DNA from: a bacterium
GTDB lineage: Bacteria; SAR324; XYD2-FULL-50-16; G965216635
Length of the DNA: 64,000 bases
Direction: 5' to 3'
Assembly (NCBI GenBank): GCA_965216635.1
Contig: OZ244188.1
Span: forward strand, 736,001 to 800,000
Both the position numbers and the translations under genes were made by a program. The notes below the pieces were generated by a model. The model made no database searches. It saw only the letters and a list, made by a program, of their open reading frames with translations, and had not been told where the DNA came from. The first letter of the stretch is position 1, and every line of letters starts with the position of its first letter. This document shows positions 19,190 through 28,986 of this stretch, one piece after another.

Positions 19190-21379
19190 TTAAAAATTTT
19201 GTTCAAACCTCACTTTATAGATAGTTGTAGTCAATTTATCTCCATCCACTAGGTTGTGACTTCCATCTAAACTCGGTAAGTTTTGATTCACAGTGCTTTT
19301 TCCTTGTTCTACAACGTTGGCGATTCCTGCCTTAAAATCAATACTTCCAAATTTAGTTTTATAACCTATTTCTGTAATACTGTGGCTGTTTTTTTTCTCA
19401 TATTGAGCTAATGCGCCTGTAGTAGAATTGTGTTTTTGTGTAATTTCTCCATTACTTATGGCAAGAGATAAACCAGATTTACTACCCCAAGTATAGTCTA
19501 TTCCATAATTTAAATTAGAGGTTAAATTTTCGGTTTTAATATCAATATTTTTTGTGGTAGAATTTATAAAATATTTATCTTCATAGGTGGTAATTAAACT
19601 GGAATTAAAACTATTTACAAAAAAATTAAATTTCCTCCCTATTTTGAATTTTAAACTTCCCCCTACTATAGAAGTATTACCAAACCAGTTTTTTCCACTA
19701 TAGGACCCTTTAGTTGCTAGTAATCCATAAGATATGCTTTTCCACTGATGATCAAATTTAAGAGCAATATTTCCAGAAACTGTATCCGATGGAAAAGGTT
19801 CAAAATCTGGGACTATATTAGTGACAGAGTTCTCTAGTAAGGTTTTAGCAGATAAAAAATCATCAATAGCATTTACAGCATCTGTAGCTAATAGATCGCT
19901 AGTAGCGTATTCTCTATTTTTATAATTATTGATATCCAAACCAAGAACTTCTAAAGCTATATTGTTAAATAAATTATAAACTTCTTCAGATCTATGAAAA
20001 TTGAGAACAGTTGTTTGATAGATATCGTTAGTTGTAGTTGGTGTTAGTGATGATGCAGTAGCACCTGCTCTCCTTGCATCAGTAATAAAAGACTGTGCCT
20101 CAGAAATCAGAGAAGTAATTGCTGGAGAATTTCCTGCAGCAGCAATAACATTCGCAGAATCAGCAAAAACTAAAATAGAATTTATTTTTTGATAAGCAGC
20201 ATCTAAACTAGCAGTGGTTGTACCAAAATAAGTGTCATTTGTGAAAATGCTATTACTGTCAATAGCTGCGTTATAAAAATCTATTAAGGAAATTGCATTA
20301 TCATATTTCTGGCTTCCAAAGGCAGAAGAAATTCCAGCACCTAACTCTAGAATTATTTTGAAATTAATATTTTTTCTAGCAAAACCTACTTCTAACCCAT
20401 TATAATAATCATTATCTAAAGTGTAGCTTTCTATAGCTTCAGTAATAGAGTTTTCTCTATTTTTAATAGAGCTTTTTTGTTTTTCAGTTTCAACAATTAA
20501 ATTGTCTCCTCCTTGATGCGGTGATTCTAAACCCTTATCTTTAAAAATCCTCCCGTAAAACCCATCTCTACCAGAAACTTGGAAATATCCTGTAGCCTTA
20601 TTAAAATCTTGTCTAGTATCGTAATTAAAACCTGTATTAAATCTGACACTTGCAATCATAAATGTTATAAAACTTTCTAATTTTAAATTTTTACTAGGAT
20701 ACAATTCTAAATTTATTCCAACCTGTTCTTTCTTTTTATAAGAAAGATCAAGGTAAAATGTATCATTGGAAGTTTCTGTTTTTTTTTCATTTCCTACGGT
20801 TGGAGAAAAAGTAGTAGATTTTATATCCCAATCTACAACTACTTTTCCTATAAACTCCCAATTATAAATTTCTTGATCCTCTGATATTAAAGTATCTAGT
20901 ATAGGACCGCTTTCTTGTGAAGTGTTTTTCTGAGCGTATAAATTTTCTTGTGTATTTATACTTAAATCTTGTATTAAATTACTGTTTTGAGCGAGCACCG
21001 ATACTGGTTCAGTATTTATCAATAGAGTTTGATTCTTTACCAAAAAATCTACTTCTTGATTCGGTAGAGATTTATTTTTTTGAGGTGCTGAAAATAAATT
21101 TTTCGTTAAATCGTTTTCTTGAGCAGACAATACTGGCGAATTATTTATTTGCTCGTCTAAATCGTTTTCTTGAGCAGACAATACTGGCAAATTATTTATT
21201 TGCTCGTCTAAATCGTTTTCTTGAGCAGACAATTGAGTAGATAATACTGACGAATTATTTATTTGTTCGTCTAAATTGTTTCCTTGCGGATTGAGTGGAA
21301 ATTGAATTAATGTTAAAGTTATTAGAATAACTATAAAAACTATTTTGCCAAAAACTACTTTACCTATAAATTTTTTCAT
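19190..21379 (-). CDS. Large secreted/outer-membrane protein (beta-barrel-like with central helical insert and N-terminal repeats)
   Basis: Signal-like N-terminus, amphipathic beta strands, terminal Phe, Ala/Ser/Thr-rich centre. Confidence 0.55.
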   Translation of the reverse strand: MKKFIGKVVFGKIVFIVILITLTLIQFPLNPQGNNLDEQINNSSVLSTQLSAQENDLDEQINNLPVLSAQENDLDEQINNSPVLSAQENDLTKNLFSAPQKNKSLPNQEVDFLVKNQTLLINTEPVSVLAQNSNLIQDLSINTQENLYAQKNTSQESGPILDTLISEDQEIYNWEFIGKVVVDWDIKSTTFSPTVGNEKKTETSNDTFYLDLSYKKKEQVGINLELYPSKNLKLESFITFMIASVRFNTGFNYDTRQDFNKATGYFQVSGRDGFYGRIFKDKGLESPHQGGDNLIVETEKQKSSIKNRENSITEAIESYTLDNDYYNGLEVGFARKNINFKIILELGAGISSAFGSQKYDNAISLIDFYNAAIDSNSIFTNDTYFGTTTASLDAAYQKINSILVFADSANVIAAAGNSPAITSLISEAQSFITDARRAGATASSLTPTTTNDIYQTTVLNFHRSEEVYNLFNNIALEVLGLDINNYKNREYATSDLLATDAVNAIDDFLSAKTLLENSVTNIVPDFEPFPSDTVSGNIALKFDHQWKSISYGLLATKGSYSGKNWFGNTSIVGGSLKFKIGRKFNFFVNSFNSSLITTYEDKYFINSTTKNIDIKTENLTSNLNYGIDYTWGSKSGLSLAISNGEITQKHNSTTGALAQYEKKNSHSITEIGYKTKFGSIDFKAGIANVVEQGKSTVNQNLPSLDGSHNLVDGDKLTTTIYKVRFEQNF
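21108..21281. repeat. Intragenic 51-nt tandem repeat (~3 units, SAQENDLDEQINNxPVL)
   Basis: Visible in both DNA and protein. Confidence 0.9.
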
Positions 21380-21711
21380 AATCCTTGTGCGAAAATTGAT
21401 GATTACGATTACATTCTTGCAAAGACTTTGCCATTAGGAATGGATTATTTGAAAAAACAGATTTTATATAAATCTGATAGATTCAGAATAAATAGCTTTA
21501 TGTAGTTGGGGTGCTAATTTAATGTTATGGTAAGGGCTATTACCATAAGTAAAATGATATTTTTAGAGAACCATAGCAATAGCAACAAAATATAGGGGTT
21601 AAACAAAAAAAAGATACAAGGCTAGTCTTTATACTAAATAGAACCTAATAATCTATTTAAAGGTCTATTTTTAGGATTTTTTTTTTTATTTTGGTTTGAA
21701 ATTTTTTTTTT

Positions 21712-23646
21712 CTAAAAAACTGGCACTATTTTTTTATTTTTAAGCTGGTAAATAGTATAAGGGCTACTAATTTCTCCATTAGCGTCAATTTTTAGTTGTT
21801 TTTCAAAAAAATCTATAAATTCTAATGAATCCAAACGAAGTTTTAAATCTTTAGCAGATTGGATATTAAAAGTAAAAATAAGTTGTTTTAAATAATTGAG
21901 TAGGTTTGTAGTTGCTATAGCATAAATAGAAGGCTGTTTTCTTGTTTGTGTGATTTTGTAATATTCGAGATAATCTGCATACAAAGGATTTTTTATAGAA
22001 AAAGAAAAATTATCTGTAAAATAGAGATTGTTTAATTCAAGTAAATTGAGTTGAGAATTTTGGAATATTCCATTGGTTAAAATATAAGCGTTTTTTAAAT
22101 TATACGAAGAAAAAAAAGAGCTAATTAGACGGATCTTTGAAGGAGATATAGCAAGATAAAATGCATCTATACCGGGTTCTGGTGTTTTTTCTGCAAGTTC
22201 TTGAAAAGTTATTTCTTCTCTACTATTAAGATAACGATAAATTCCTGTAATTTTTCTAAAAGTACTTCTTAGTGAATCTATAGAGTCTGATTTTATTTTT
22301 TCTATAGCTATAATTTGTCCTCCGTTTTTTTCTACTTCTTTGCTGAAATGAAGTGCTTTTTGATAACTTTCCTCAGAATCATAAAAAGCAACAAATTTTT
22401 TTGCATTTAAGTATCCTATACAATATCGCACTAAAATTTCATTCTCGTGAAAAGAATTTCTCTGATAACGGTAAAAATAAGGATAGTCTTTGCCAAGAAA
22501 TTCTTCTGTAGTTAAAGAAAATAAAGGGGTCTTGTAGTTTGAAGTTTGTTTTCTTAAAGCTCTAGAATTTAATCTTGACAAGGGACCAATAACAGCAATT
22601 ACGTCTTTGTCTACGAGTTTTTTAAAAGATTTTACGGCAACATCAGGCTTTAAAGCAGTGTCTTCAAAAATAAACTCATATTGGGTGTTTTTATTTTTAA
22701 AAAAAATATTAATACTTGTTTGAATATCTAAAACAATATTCCTTATTTTTGTAGATTGAATAGAATAAGGTAGTAAAATTCCAATTTTTATTTTTTTTTT
22801 TTGGATATTTTCGCTCAAATTTTCTGCTTTTTTCAATGTTTTAGGACTATATGCTTGGGATTGTTGAATTATTAAAGAAATATTTTTTTTCGCTTCTTCT
22901 TGATTTTGCTGAAAACTGATAAGTTTTATTTTTCTTAAAAAAGCTTTTTCATTGATTTCAGGACTAGAAAATGTTTTCTCAAAGTTAGCTAAAAGCTCTG
23001 TATTATAAATTTTTGGGATAGAGTCTAGTATGAGTTTTTTATCTTCTTTTTCTGAAAGATGCTTGATGAGTCCAGATTTCGCTTTAGCTTGAGAATAATC
23101 AATAATTAATTCTTTAAAAGGTTTTATTAGGGAAGTAGGTTGGAATTTTTGCAAAAAATCTGCTTTCAAAGAAGTTTCAAAAACAAATTTGGTTTTTAGC
23201 TTATAAGAAGCATAAAGATTATAGTAAAACATTTGGTAAACATCTTTATACTGTGGAAAATATTTTAAATATTCATTACTCTTATTTAATGTATTCTCAA
23301 AATCACCCTGTAAAAAATAAAAATAGGTCAAAAGATAGAGATATATAGCATAAATACTATCTCTTTGGATTTTTTTAGGAGCTTGGATGCTCTGTAGCAA
23401 CTGGAAAGCTTGATTGTATTTTTTTTTTTTAAAATAATCTAACACGTCAAAAACGACTGCAGGGTGATATTCTTTTTGAACGGAAAATGTTTTGCTATCT
23501 AGATGAAGGTTATTGAGTTGAATGAAAATATTGGAAGTAGACTGTTTTTGATTACCATCGCTTAAAAAAGACTTAGCATAAGTACTGTCTACTAGAAAAA
23601 TCCCTAAAACTATCAATAATAGATTTCTTATAGAATAATATTTCAT
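21712..23646 (-). CDS. TPR + periplasmic-binding-fold protein (LppC/LpoA-like)
   Basis: Signal peptide, TPR-like helices, KIGILLP, FEDT, AVIGPL. Confidence 0.65.
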   Translation of the reverse strand: MKYYSIRNLLLIVLGIFLVDSTYAKSFLSDGNQKQSTSNIFIQLNNLHLDSKTFSVQKEYHPAVVFDVLDYFKKKKYNQAFQLLQSIQAPKKIQRDSIYAIYLYLLTYFYFLQGDFENTLNKSNEYLKYFPQYKDVYQMFYYNLYASYKLKTKFVFETSLKADFLQKFQPTSLIKPFKELIIDYSQAKAKSGLIKHLSEKEDKKLILDSIPKIYNTELLANFEKTFSSPEINEKAFLRKIKLISFQQNQEEAKKNISLIIQQSQAYSPKTLKKAENLSENIQKKKIKIGILLPYSIQSTKIRNIVLDIQTSINIFFKNKNTQYEFIFEDTALKPDVAVKSFKKLVDKDVIAVIGPLSRLNSRALRKQTSNYKTPLFSLTTEEFLGKDYPYFYRYQRNSFHENEILVRYCIGYLNAKKFVAFYDSEESYQKALHFSKEVEKNGGQIIAIEKIKSDSIDSLRSTFRKITGIYRYLNSREEITFQELAEKTPEPGIDAFYLAISPSKIRLISSFFSSYNLKNAYILTNGIFQNSQLNLLELNNLYFTDNFSFSIKNPLYADYLEYYKITQTRKQPSIYAIATTNLLNYLKQLIFTFNIQSAKDLKLRLDSLEFIDFFEKQLKIDANGEISSPYTIYQLKNKKIVPVF

Positions 23647-23717
23647 AAGATAAATTAGTAAAATAAGAGCATTGCATTGACGTTCTGTGACGGCAGATAT
23701 TATTTTTGCAAATAGTA

Positions 23718-24029
23718 TAGACTTTTGAATTTGCCAAATAGGACAAAACTAGCTGTTTAGCCAAACCAAGCTTATTGTTTTTTATGGGCTATTTGTGAAA
23801 CAACCAAAGGGCTGTTTCACAGTTACATTCTTGCTTAATGCAAGGTTTTATAGTGCCCTGCTCCCATTATTGTGGCACCACGGCATTGAAAAAAAATTTT
23901 AAACTTTTGCCATTTGTGAAGGAGTACTCTTCAGTATTCCTACAAGCTAAAAATTTTTTTCGCACCTATTATAACCATTTGGCTAGCCGTCTCAGCTAAT
24001 TTTGTCCTATTTGGCAAATTCAAAGGTCT
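23718..24029. mobile_element. MITE-like element, copy 3 (~38-bp terminal inverted repeats)
   Basis: TAGACTTTTGAATTTGCCAAATAGGACAAAACTAGCTG...CAGCTAATTTTGTCCTATTTGGCAAATTCAAAGGTCT. Confidence 0.88.
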
Positions 24030-24104
24030 CTATAAAACTCAAACAACCATAAATAGTTAAAGCAATAAGCTAGGCTATAAACTAGCTAAGCCAATGCAAT
24101 GGTC

Positions 24105-25070
24105 TTAAAATTTATATCCAAATTCCTCTAATAATTGAATAATCTTTGGATCTTTAATAACGACACGGTATTTTGCACGAAGATTTTTAATGTAAGAATC
24201 TAAGGTAGGTTTATATTTTTTTTTATAAATTTCTTCTTTTAATAACAAACTCACCGATTCCAGCTCTACTTCAGAATTTTCACTTTTTTTAATTAGCTGG
24301 ATTAAATAGTAACCTCCATTAGTCTTAATGGGCTCGCTGATTTCATTTATTTTAAGGATTTTAATAGTATCAGCAAATTCTGTAACCATGTCCTCTATAG
24401 TTGTGGGCGGCAATTCTCCTTTATTTTGCTGTACAAAAGGATCATCGGAATATTTTAAAATTAGTTCACCAAAATTATTGTTCTGTATTGCTACTTTCCG
24501 AATTTCAAACAATTCTTCAGGATTTTGCTTTTTAAGTAGCAATTTTATATGGTAAAAAGTTTGTGTGGGGTATTGTGCTTGATAAAGCTGTGCTATTTCT
24601 TCATCACTGATTTCAATAGTAACCTGTAGACGACGCAACATAAGTTCTCCTATTTGTTTTTTCCTGATTTCCTTCCTAAAATAGCGAATATTCTGTCCTC
24701 TATCGTTTAATAGTTGTTCTAAATCTTTATTATTTAATTGATTTGATTTTTGGAAATTAAGTAGAGCTTGATTGATATCTCTGGGTCCAATGTTAATTCC
24801 CAATTGCTTAGATTCTGCTATTAGTAAAATCTCCAGTATTAAATCATTAATAAGGTTTGCTTTTTCTTGTGGTGATAAAACCGTGCTAGTTTCTATTTCA
24901 TACTGTTTCAATATCAAAAAAAGTTCATTTTGTGTGATAGTTTCTTTATCTACAGTGATTAATATTCTATCTAAAGGAGCAGATTGAGCAAAAAGCATCG
25001 GATTCATCAAAGAAAAAACAACAATCCCCCATAAAAAACAAGGAAATTTATTTAATTTAAAGATATTCAT
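24105..25070 (-). CDS. surA: SurA-like periplasmic chaperone / parvulin PPIase
   Basis: LDRILITVD..ITQNE N-domain; KYSDDP..GEL, EISEPIKT..GYY parvulin motif. Confidence 0.75.
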   Translation of the reverse strand: MNIFKLNKFPCFLWGIVVFSLMNPMLFAQSAPLDRILITVDKETITQNELFLILKQYEIETSTVLSPQEKANLINDLILEILLIAESKQLGINIGPRDINQALLNFQKSNQLNNKDLEQLLNDRGQNIRYFRKEIRKKQIGELMLRRLQVTIEISDEEIAQLYQAQYPTQTFYHIKLLLKKQNPEELFEIRKVAIQNNNFGELILKYSDDPFVQQNKGELPPTTIEDMVTEFADTIKILKINEISEPIKTNGGYYLIQLIKKSENSEVELESVSLLLKEEIYKKKYKPTLDSYIKNLRAKYRVVIKDPKIIQLLEEFGYKF

Positions 25071-25815
25071 TATATTTTTTAATAAAGGCTTTCTTTCTTT
25101 TTTTAGAACCTGTCAGAGAAAGAGAAATTATTTTATCTACTTTAAAAAGATAACCATTGAGATAATGTTCTATAGTTTGAGGAATAAACATTTGCTCAGG
25201 ATGCCAGTTTTTTAAAAAAATTTCATATTTTAATTGCTGATCCTTGTAGTAGAGGGTGCGTTGTATTTTTTCTGTCCTATAATTTTCTCTATTGATAAGA
25301 ATATAAAAATATTCCGTACCCAGCTGGTAAAAAAAATCTAAATCTTTCTTTACGATTTGGACTTTATGGTAATTAACACCTAAATTTTGATAATTTTGTC
25401 TAAGCGCAATTTCTGTTTTTGGATAAAATTGAGTGAATACAGGGAATACTTCCAAAAAAGAAAATTTATTTTTTTTATCTAAAATTTCAGATATATTTTT
25501 TTTATTTTTTTGCTTTACAACTAAATGTACTAATTTTTTAGAAGAACTAAAAGTTTTTACAGCTAGAAAATCATCACGAATCCAAATGATTGTTTGAGTA
25601 TAATCACCTGTTTTTTTAAGGGTAGATTTTTTTTTCAAGCTAGCATTCGGAAATTCGTAGGTTGTTGTTTCTGTTTGAATAAAAAACTGTTTTAGATTTT
25701 TTTGTGCTTCAATAACGTTGACGGTAATTTTTTTATATTCGCTTGTAGCAGCAAAAATAGGTATGCCGAAAATATGTACGGATAAACAAAAAAAAATCCA
25801 AAAAAAAAATTTCAT
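25057..25815 (-). CDS. Secreted hypothetical protein
   Basis: Signal peptide; operonic with the surA-like gene. Confidence 0.6.
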   Translation of the reverse strand: MKFFFWIFFCLSVHIFGIPIFAATSEYKKITVNVIEAQKNLKQFFIQTETTTYEFPNASLKKKSTLKKTGDYTQTIIWIRDDFLAVKTFSSSKKLVHLVVKQKNKKNISEILDKKNKFSFLEVFPVFTQFYPKTEIALRQNYQNLGVNYHKVQIVKKDLDFFYQLGTEYFYILINRENYRTEKIQRTLYYKDQQLKYEIFLKNWHPEQMFIPQTIEHYLNGYLFKVDKIISLSLTGSKKRKKAFIKKYNEYL

Positions 25816-25890
25816 AAATATTTTAGGGTATTTTTAAAAAACCAAAATTCGTTTTAAAATAAAAATATTTTTGAGACCAACAATTTGAAT

Positions 25891-26163
25891 TTATTGGGAT
25901 TGATTAGTACCAGATTTTTCTTTGTCAAGAACAGAAGCCTCATTAGAAGAAAGCACAGCCAATGATACAGAAGTTACTATAAAAATAATAGCTAAAACTG
26001 TGGTCAATTTTCCTACTAAATTTTCTGGTGTTTGTATTTGATTGACCTGTCCAACTCCTCCAAAAGTAGCTCCCAACTGAGAACCTAATCCCGTCTGCAT
26101 TAAAACAATAAGAATCAATAAAACGCATATTATAATATGAAATACTAGTAAAATTTGAAACAT
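25891..26163 (-). CDS. secG: Preprotein translocase subunit SecG
   Basis: LIVLMQ..G..LGATFGG...KLTTVLA; follows tRNAs. Confidence 0.9.
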   Translation of the reverse strand: MFQILLVFHIIICVLLILIVLMQTGLGSQLGATFGGVGQVNQIQTPENLVGKLTTVLAIIFIVTSVSLAVLSSNEASVLDKEKSGTNQSQ

Positions 26164-26195
26164 AGTTTAATAAAAATGAAAGTTAAAACCGAGTC

Positions 26196-26266
26196 AGGCG
26201 ACGGTCGGATTCGAACCGACGTTCAAGGTTTTGCAGACCTGTGCCTGACCACTTGGCTACGTCGCC
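26196..26266 (-). tRNA. tRNA-Cys(GCA)
   Basis: Reverse complement GGCGACGTAGCCAAGTGG...AGGTCTGCAAAACCT...GGTTCGAATCC...CGTCGCCT. Confidence 0.95.
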
Positions 26267-26267
26267 A

Positions 26268-26342
26268 TGGAGCGAGAAACGGGATTTGAACCCGCGACCC
26301 CAACCTTGGCAAGGTTGTGCTCTACCGCTGAGCTATTCTCGC
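26268..26342 (-). tRNA. tRNA-Gly(GCC) with encoded CCA
   Basis: Reverse complement GCGAGAATAGCTCAGCGG...CAACCTTGCCAAGGTTG...TTCTCGCTCCA. Confidence 0.95.
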
Positions 26343-26393
26343 AATTATAAAGACATTCTAATATTATTTTCTTAAAAAATCAATAGCATCTTA

Positions 26394-27170
26394 CTATCCT
26401 CTGATTTTTTTAACAAAATTACCAATAGATTCAGAAAAATTGGCAGGATTTTTCTCTAAATATTGAATAAAAGCACTACCTACAATAGCCCCGCTAGCGT
26501 AGCTACAGGCTTCTGCAAAACTGCTCTTATCTTTAATATTAAAACCTATTAAGCAAGGATTTTTTAAAGCAGTTTTTTGAATTTTTTGAAAGTATAGTTT
26601 TTGAGCGTCATCTTTTTTTTTTTCTGTTCCTGTGGTGCTATTCGCAGATACAATATACAAAAACCCCCTCGCTATTTTATCCATTTGTTGCAATCTAGAT
26701 TGTGATGTTTGCGGAGTTATCAAAAAAACATTACAAAGATTATTCTTTTCAAAGTTGTCTTTATAATTTTGATATTCCAAAAAAGGTAAATCGGGGAGTA
26801 TAACCCCATCTACGCCTACTTTTTTACAAGCATTGCAGAAATTTTCTATACCCATTTGCATAACAGGATTGAGATAACCCATAAGCAAAATTGGCACATT
26901 AATTAGAGGTCTTAATTTTTCTAGTTGTTTAAAAAGTATTTTTAGAGTCATTCCACCCGCCAAAGATAGTTTGGCACTTTGTTGGATAATGGGACCGTCT
27001 GCTAAAGGATCGGAAAAAGGAATACCTATTTCTATCATATCTACTCCTGCTTTTTCTAAAGCAAGAGCTATTTTTAAAGTATCATCAAGTTTAGGAAATC
27101 CCGCAGTATAGTAAATATTTAATATTTGCGATTTTTTTCTTTTGAATAGCTCTAGTATTCTATTTTGCAT
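26394..27170 (-). CDS. trpA: Tryptophan synthase alpha chain
   Basis: IEIGIPFSDPLADGPIIQ, LMGYLNP, GAIVGSAF. Confidence 0.95.
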   Translation of the reverse strand: MQNRILELFKRKKSQILNIYYTAGFPKLDDTLKIALALEKAGVDMIEIGIPFSDPLADGPIIQQSAKLSLAGGMTLKILFKQLEKLRPLINVPILLMGYLNPVMQMGIENFCNACKKVGVDGVILPDLPFLEYQNYKDNFEKNNLCNVFLITPQTSQSRLQQMDKIARGFLYIVSANSTTGTEKKKDDAQKLYFQKIQKTALKNPCLIGFNIKDKSSFAEACSYASGAIVGSAFIQYLEKNPANFSESIGNFVKKIRG

Positions 27171-27193
27171 TATAATGTTTAGAGACTGTTGAA

Positions 27194-28369
27194 TTAGGAA
27201 TGTTTAATATAAGTTTCCAAGTCCTTATCTCCTCTACCTGAAAGAATCAGCACTGTGATTTCCTCTTTTTTAAAATTAATTTTCTCTAAAATAGCTAGTG
27301 CATGAGCCGATTCTAATGCAGGAATAATTCCTTCTAAACGACTTAGAAAATAGCCAGCCTTTAAAGCTTCTTCATCTGTAGCACTGTAAAATTTAGCTCT
27401 TTTGCTTTGAAAAAGATAGGAATGAAGGGGACCTATACCAGGATAATCCAAACCAGCAGAAATACTATAAGGCTCTGTAATCTGCCCATCTTCAGTTTGC
27501 ATTAAAATTGTTTTGCTACCGTGCAAAATGCCTTCTTTTCCCAAAGCAGTAGTAGCAGCAGATTTACCACTTTTTAAACCCAATCCTTCTGCTTCTACTG
27601 CTATCAAATTTACTTCTTCGTCCGTGTAATGATAAAAAGCACCCGCAGCATTGCTACCTCCTCCAACGCAAGCAATAATATTATCAGGTTTTTCGTTTTT
27701 TTCTTTTAATTGCCACTTTATTTCTTCACTAATTACAGATTGAAAACGAGAAACCATATCCGGATAAGGATGAGGACCCACCACAGAGCCAATAATATAG
27801 TGCGTATTTTGAGGATTATTGATCCAATCGCGAATTGCTTCATTGGTGGCATCTTTTAAAGTACGACTCCCCGATAAGGCTGGACGAATTTCTGCTCCTA
27901 AAATTTTCATTCGCTCTACATTCGGTTTTTGTCTTTGCATATCCACCTCCCCCATATAGACAATGCACTCCAGATCTCGCAAAGCACACACCGTTGCTGT
28001 CGCTACTCCGTGCTGTCCCGCTCCTGTTTCAGCAATAATTCTTTTTTTACCCATTTTTTCTGCTAACAACACTTGACCTATACAGTTATTGAGTTTATGA
28101 GCCCCTGTGTGCATTAAATCTTCTCTTTTGAGATAAATTTTACTTCCGTAATGTGAAGAAAAATTTTTTGCGTAAAAAAGAGGAGTAGGTCTACCAGCAT
28201 AGTTTTTCAATAAATCCTGAAACTCTGCTTGAAATTCTGTTGAAGTTATAATTTTAAGGTAATTATTTTGTAGCTCTTCTACATTGGAATGTAACATCTC
28301 TGGAATATAAGCACCGCCAAATTCTCCATAATACCCTGTCTGACTAACTTGAAATTTTGAATTTTGCAT
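27194..28369 (-). CDS. trpB: Tryptophan synthase beta chain
   Basis: [36 protein letters not shown]. Confidence 0.97.
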   Translation of the reverse strand: MQNSKFQVSQTGYYGEFGGAYIPEMLHSNVEELQNNYLKIITSTEFQAEFQDLLKNYAGRPTPLFYAKNFSSHYGSKIYLKREDLMHTGAHKLNNCIGQVLLAEKMGKKRIIAETGAGQHGVATATVCALRDLECIVYMGEVDMQRQKPNVERMKILGAEIRPALSGSRTLKDATNEAIRDWINNPQNTHYIIGSVVGPHPYPDMVSRFQSVISEEIKWQLKEKNEKPDNIIACVGGGSNAAGAFYHYTDEEVNLIAVEAEGLGLKSGKSAATTALGKEGILHGSKTILMQTEDGQITEPYSISAGLDYPGIGPLHSYLFQSKRAKFYSATDEEALKAGYFLSRLEGIIPALESAHALAILEKINFKKEEITVLILSGRGDKDLETYIKHS

Positions 28370-28379
28370 ATTTTTAATG

Positions 28380-28765
28380 AGACCTTTGAATTAGTGTTAT
28401 GCTTACCCCACTATTGGGGCTAGCCAAATGGTTAGAAAAGTGCAAAAAAAATTTTTAGCTCGCTGGAATATAGTAGTGCCTGGGAGCAGAGCTACAAAAT
28501 TCGCATAATTCCCAAAAAGAAACGTAAAAGTGCCAACTTTTTTGGTGTAGATTTATTATTGTCTACCAGCAAGAGTGCCACTGGCACTCTTGCACAAAAA
28601 GCTTATTATATTTCAATTTTTCATACATTTGGTTGTTTTGAACTTTTACTATAGCACTTATGAAATAGATAGCAAAAGAAAAGTATTTCAAGAGTTAAAA
28701 ATTTTTTTCAACACTGCATAGGCTAAACAGCTGGTTTTGTCCTATTTGGCAAATTCAAAAGTCTA
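28380..28765. mobile_element. MITE-like element, copy 4 (longest; inverted relative to copy 6)
   Basis: AGACCTTTGAATTAG...GCAAATTCAAAAGTCTA; internal hairpin at 28569-28593. Confidence 0.85.
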
Positions 28766-28986
28766 TACTATAGTGCACAGTCAAAAAGTAAGATAACTGG
28801 CGAAAAATATGCCTAATTTTTGCCTAGAATGTCCTTTGCAGCTTATTGTTATTAAATTTTTGAGATAATTTTTTTAAAAAAAGGTATAAAGCAGAATTTA
28901 TAAAACTTGACTTTATTGTGAATATTTTAGTATCTTGAACTACAGAGTTTTTTTTTAACTCTAATTAACCATAAATAAATATTATA

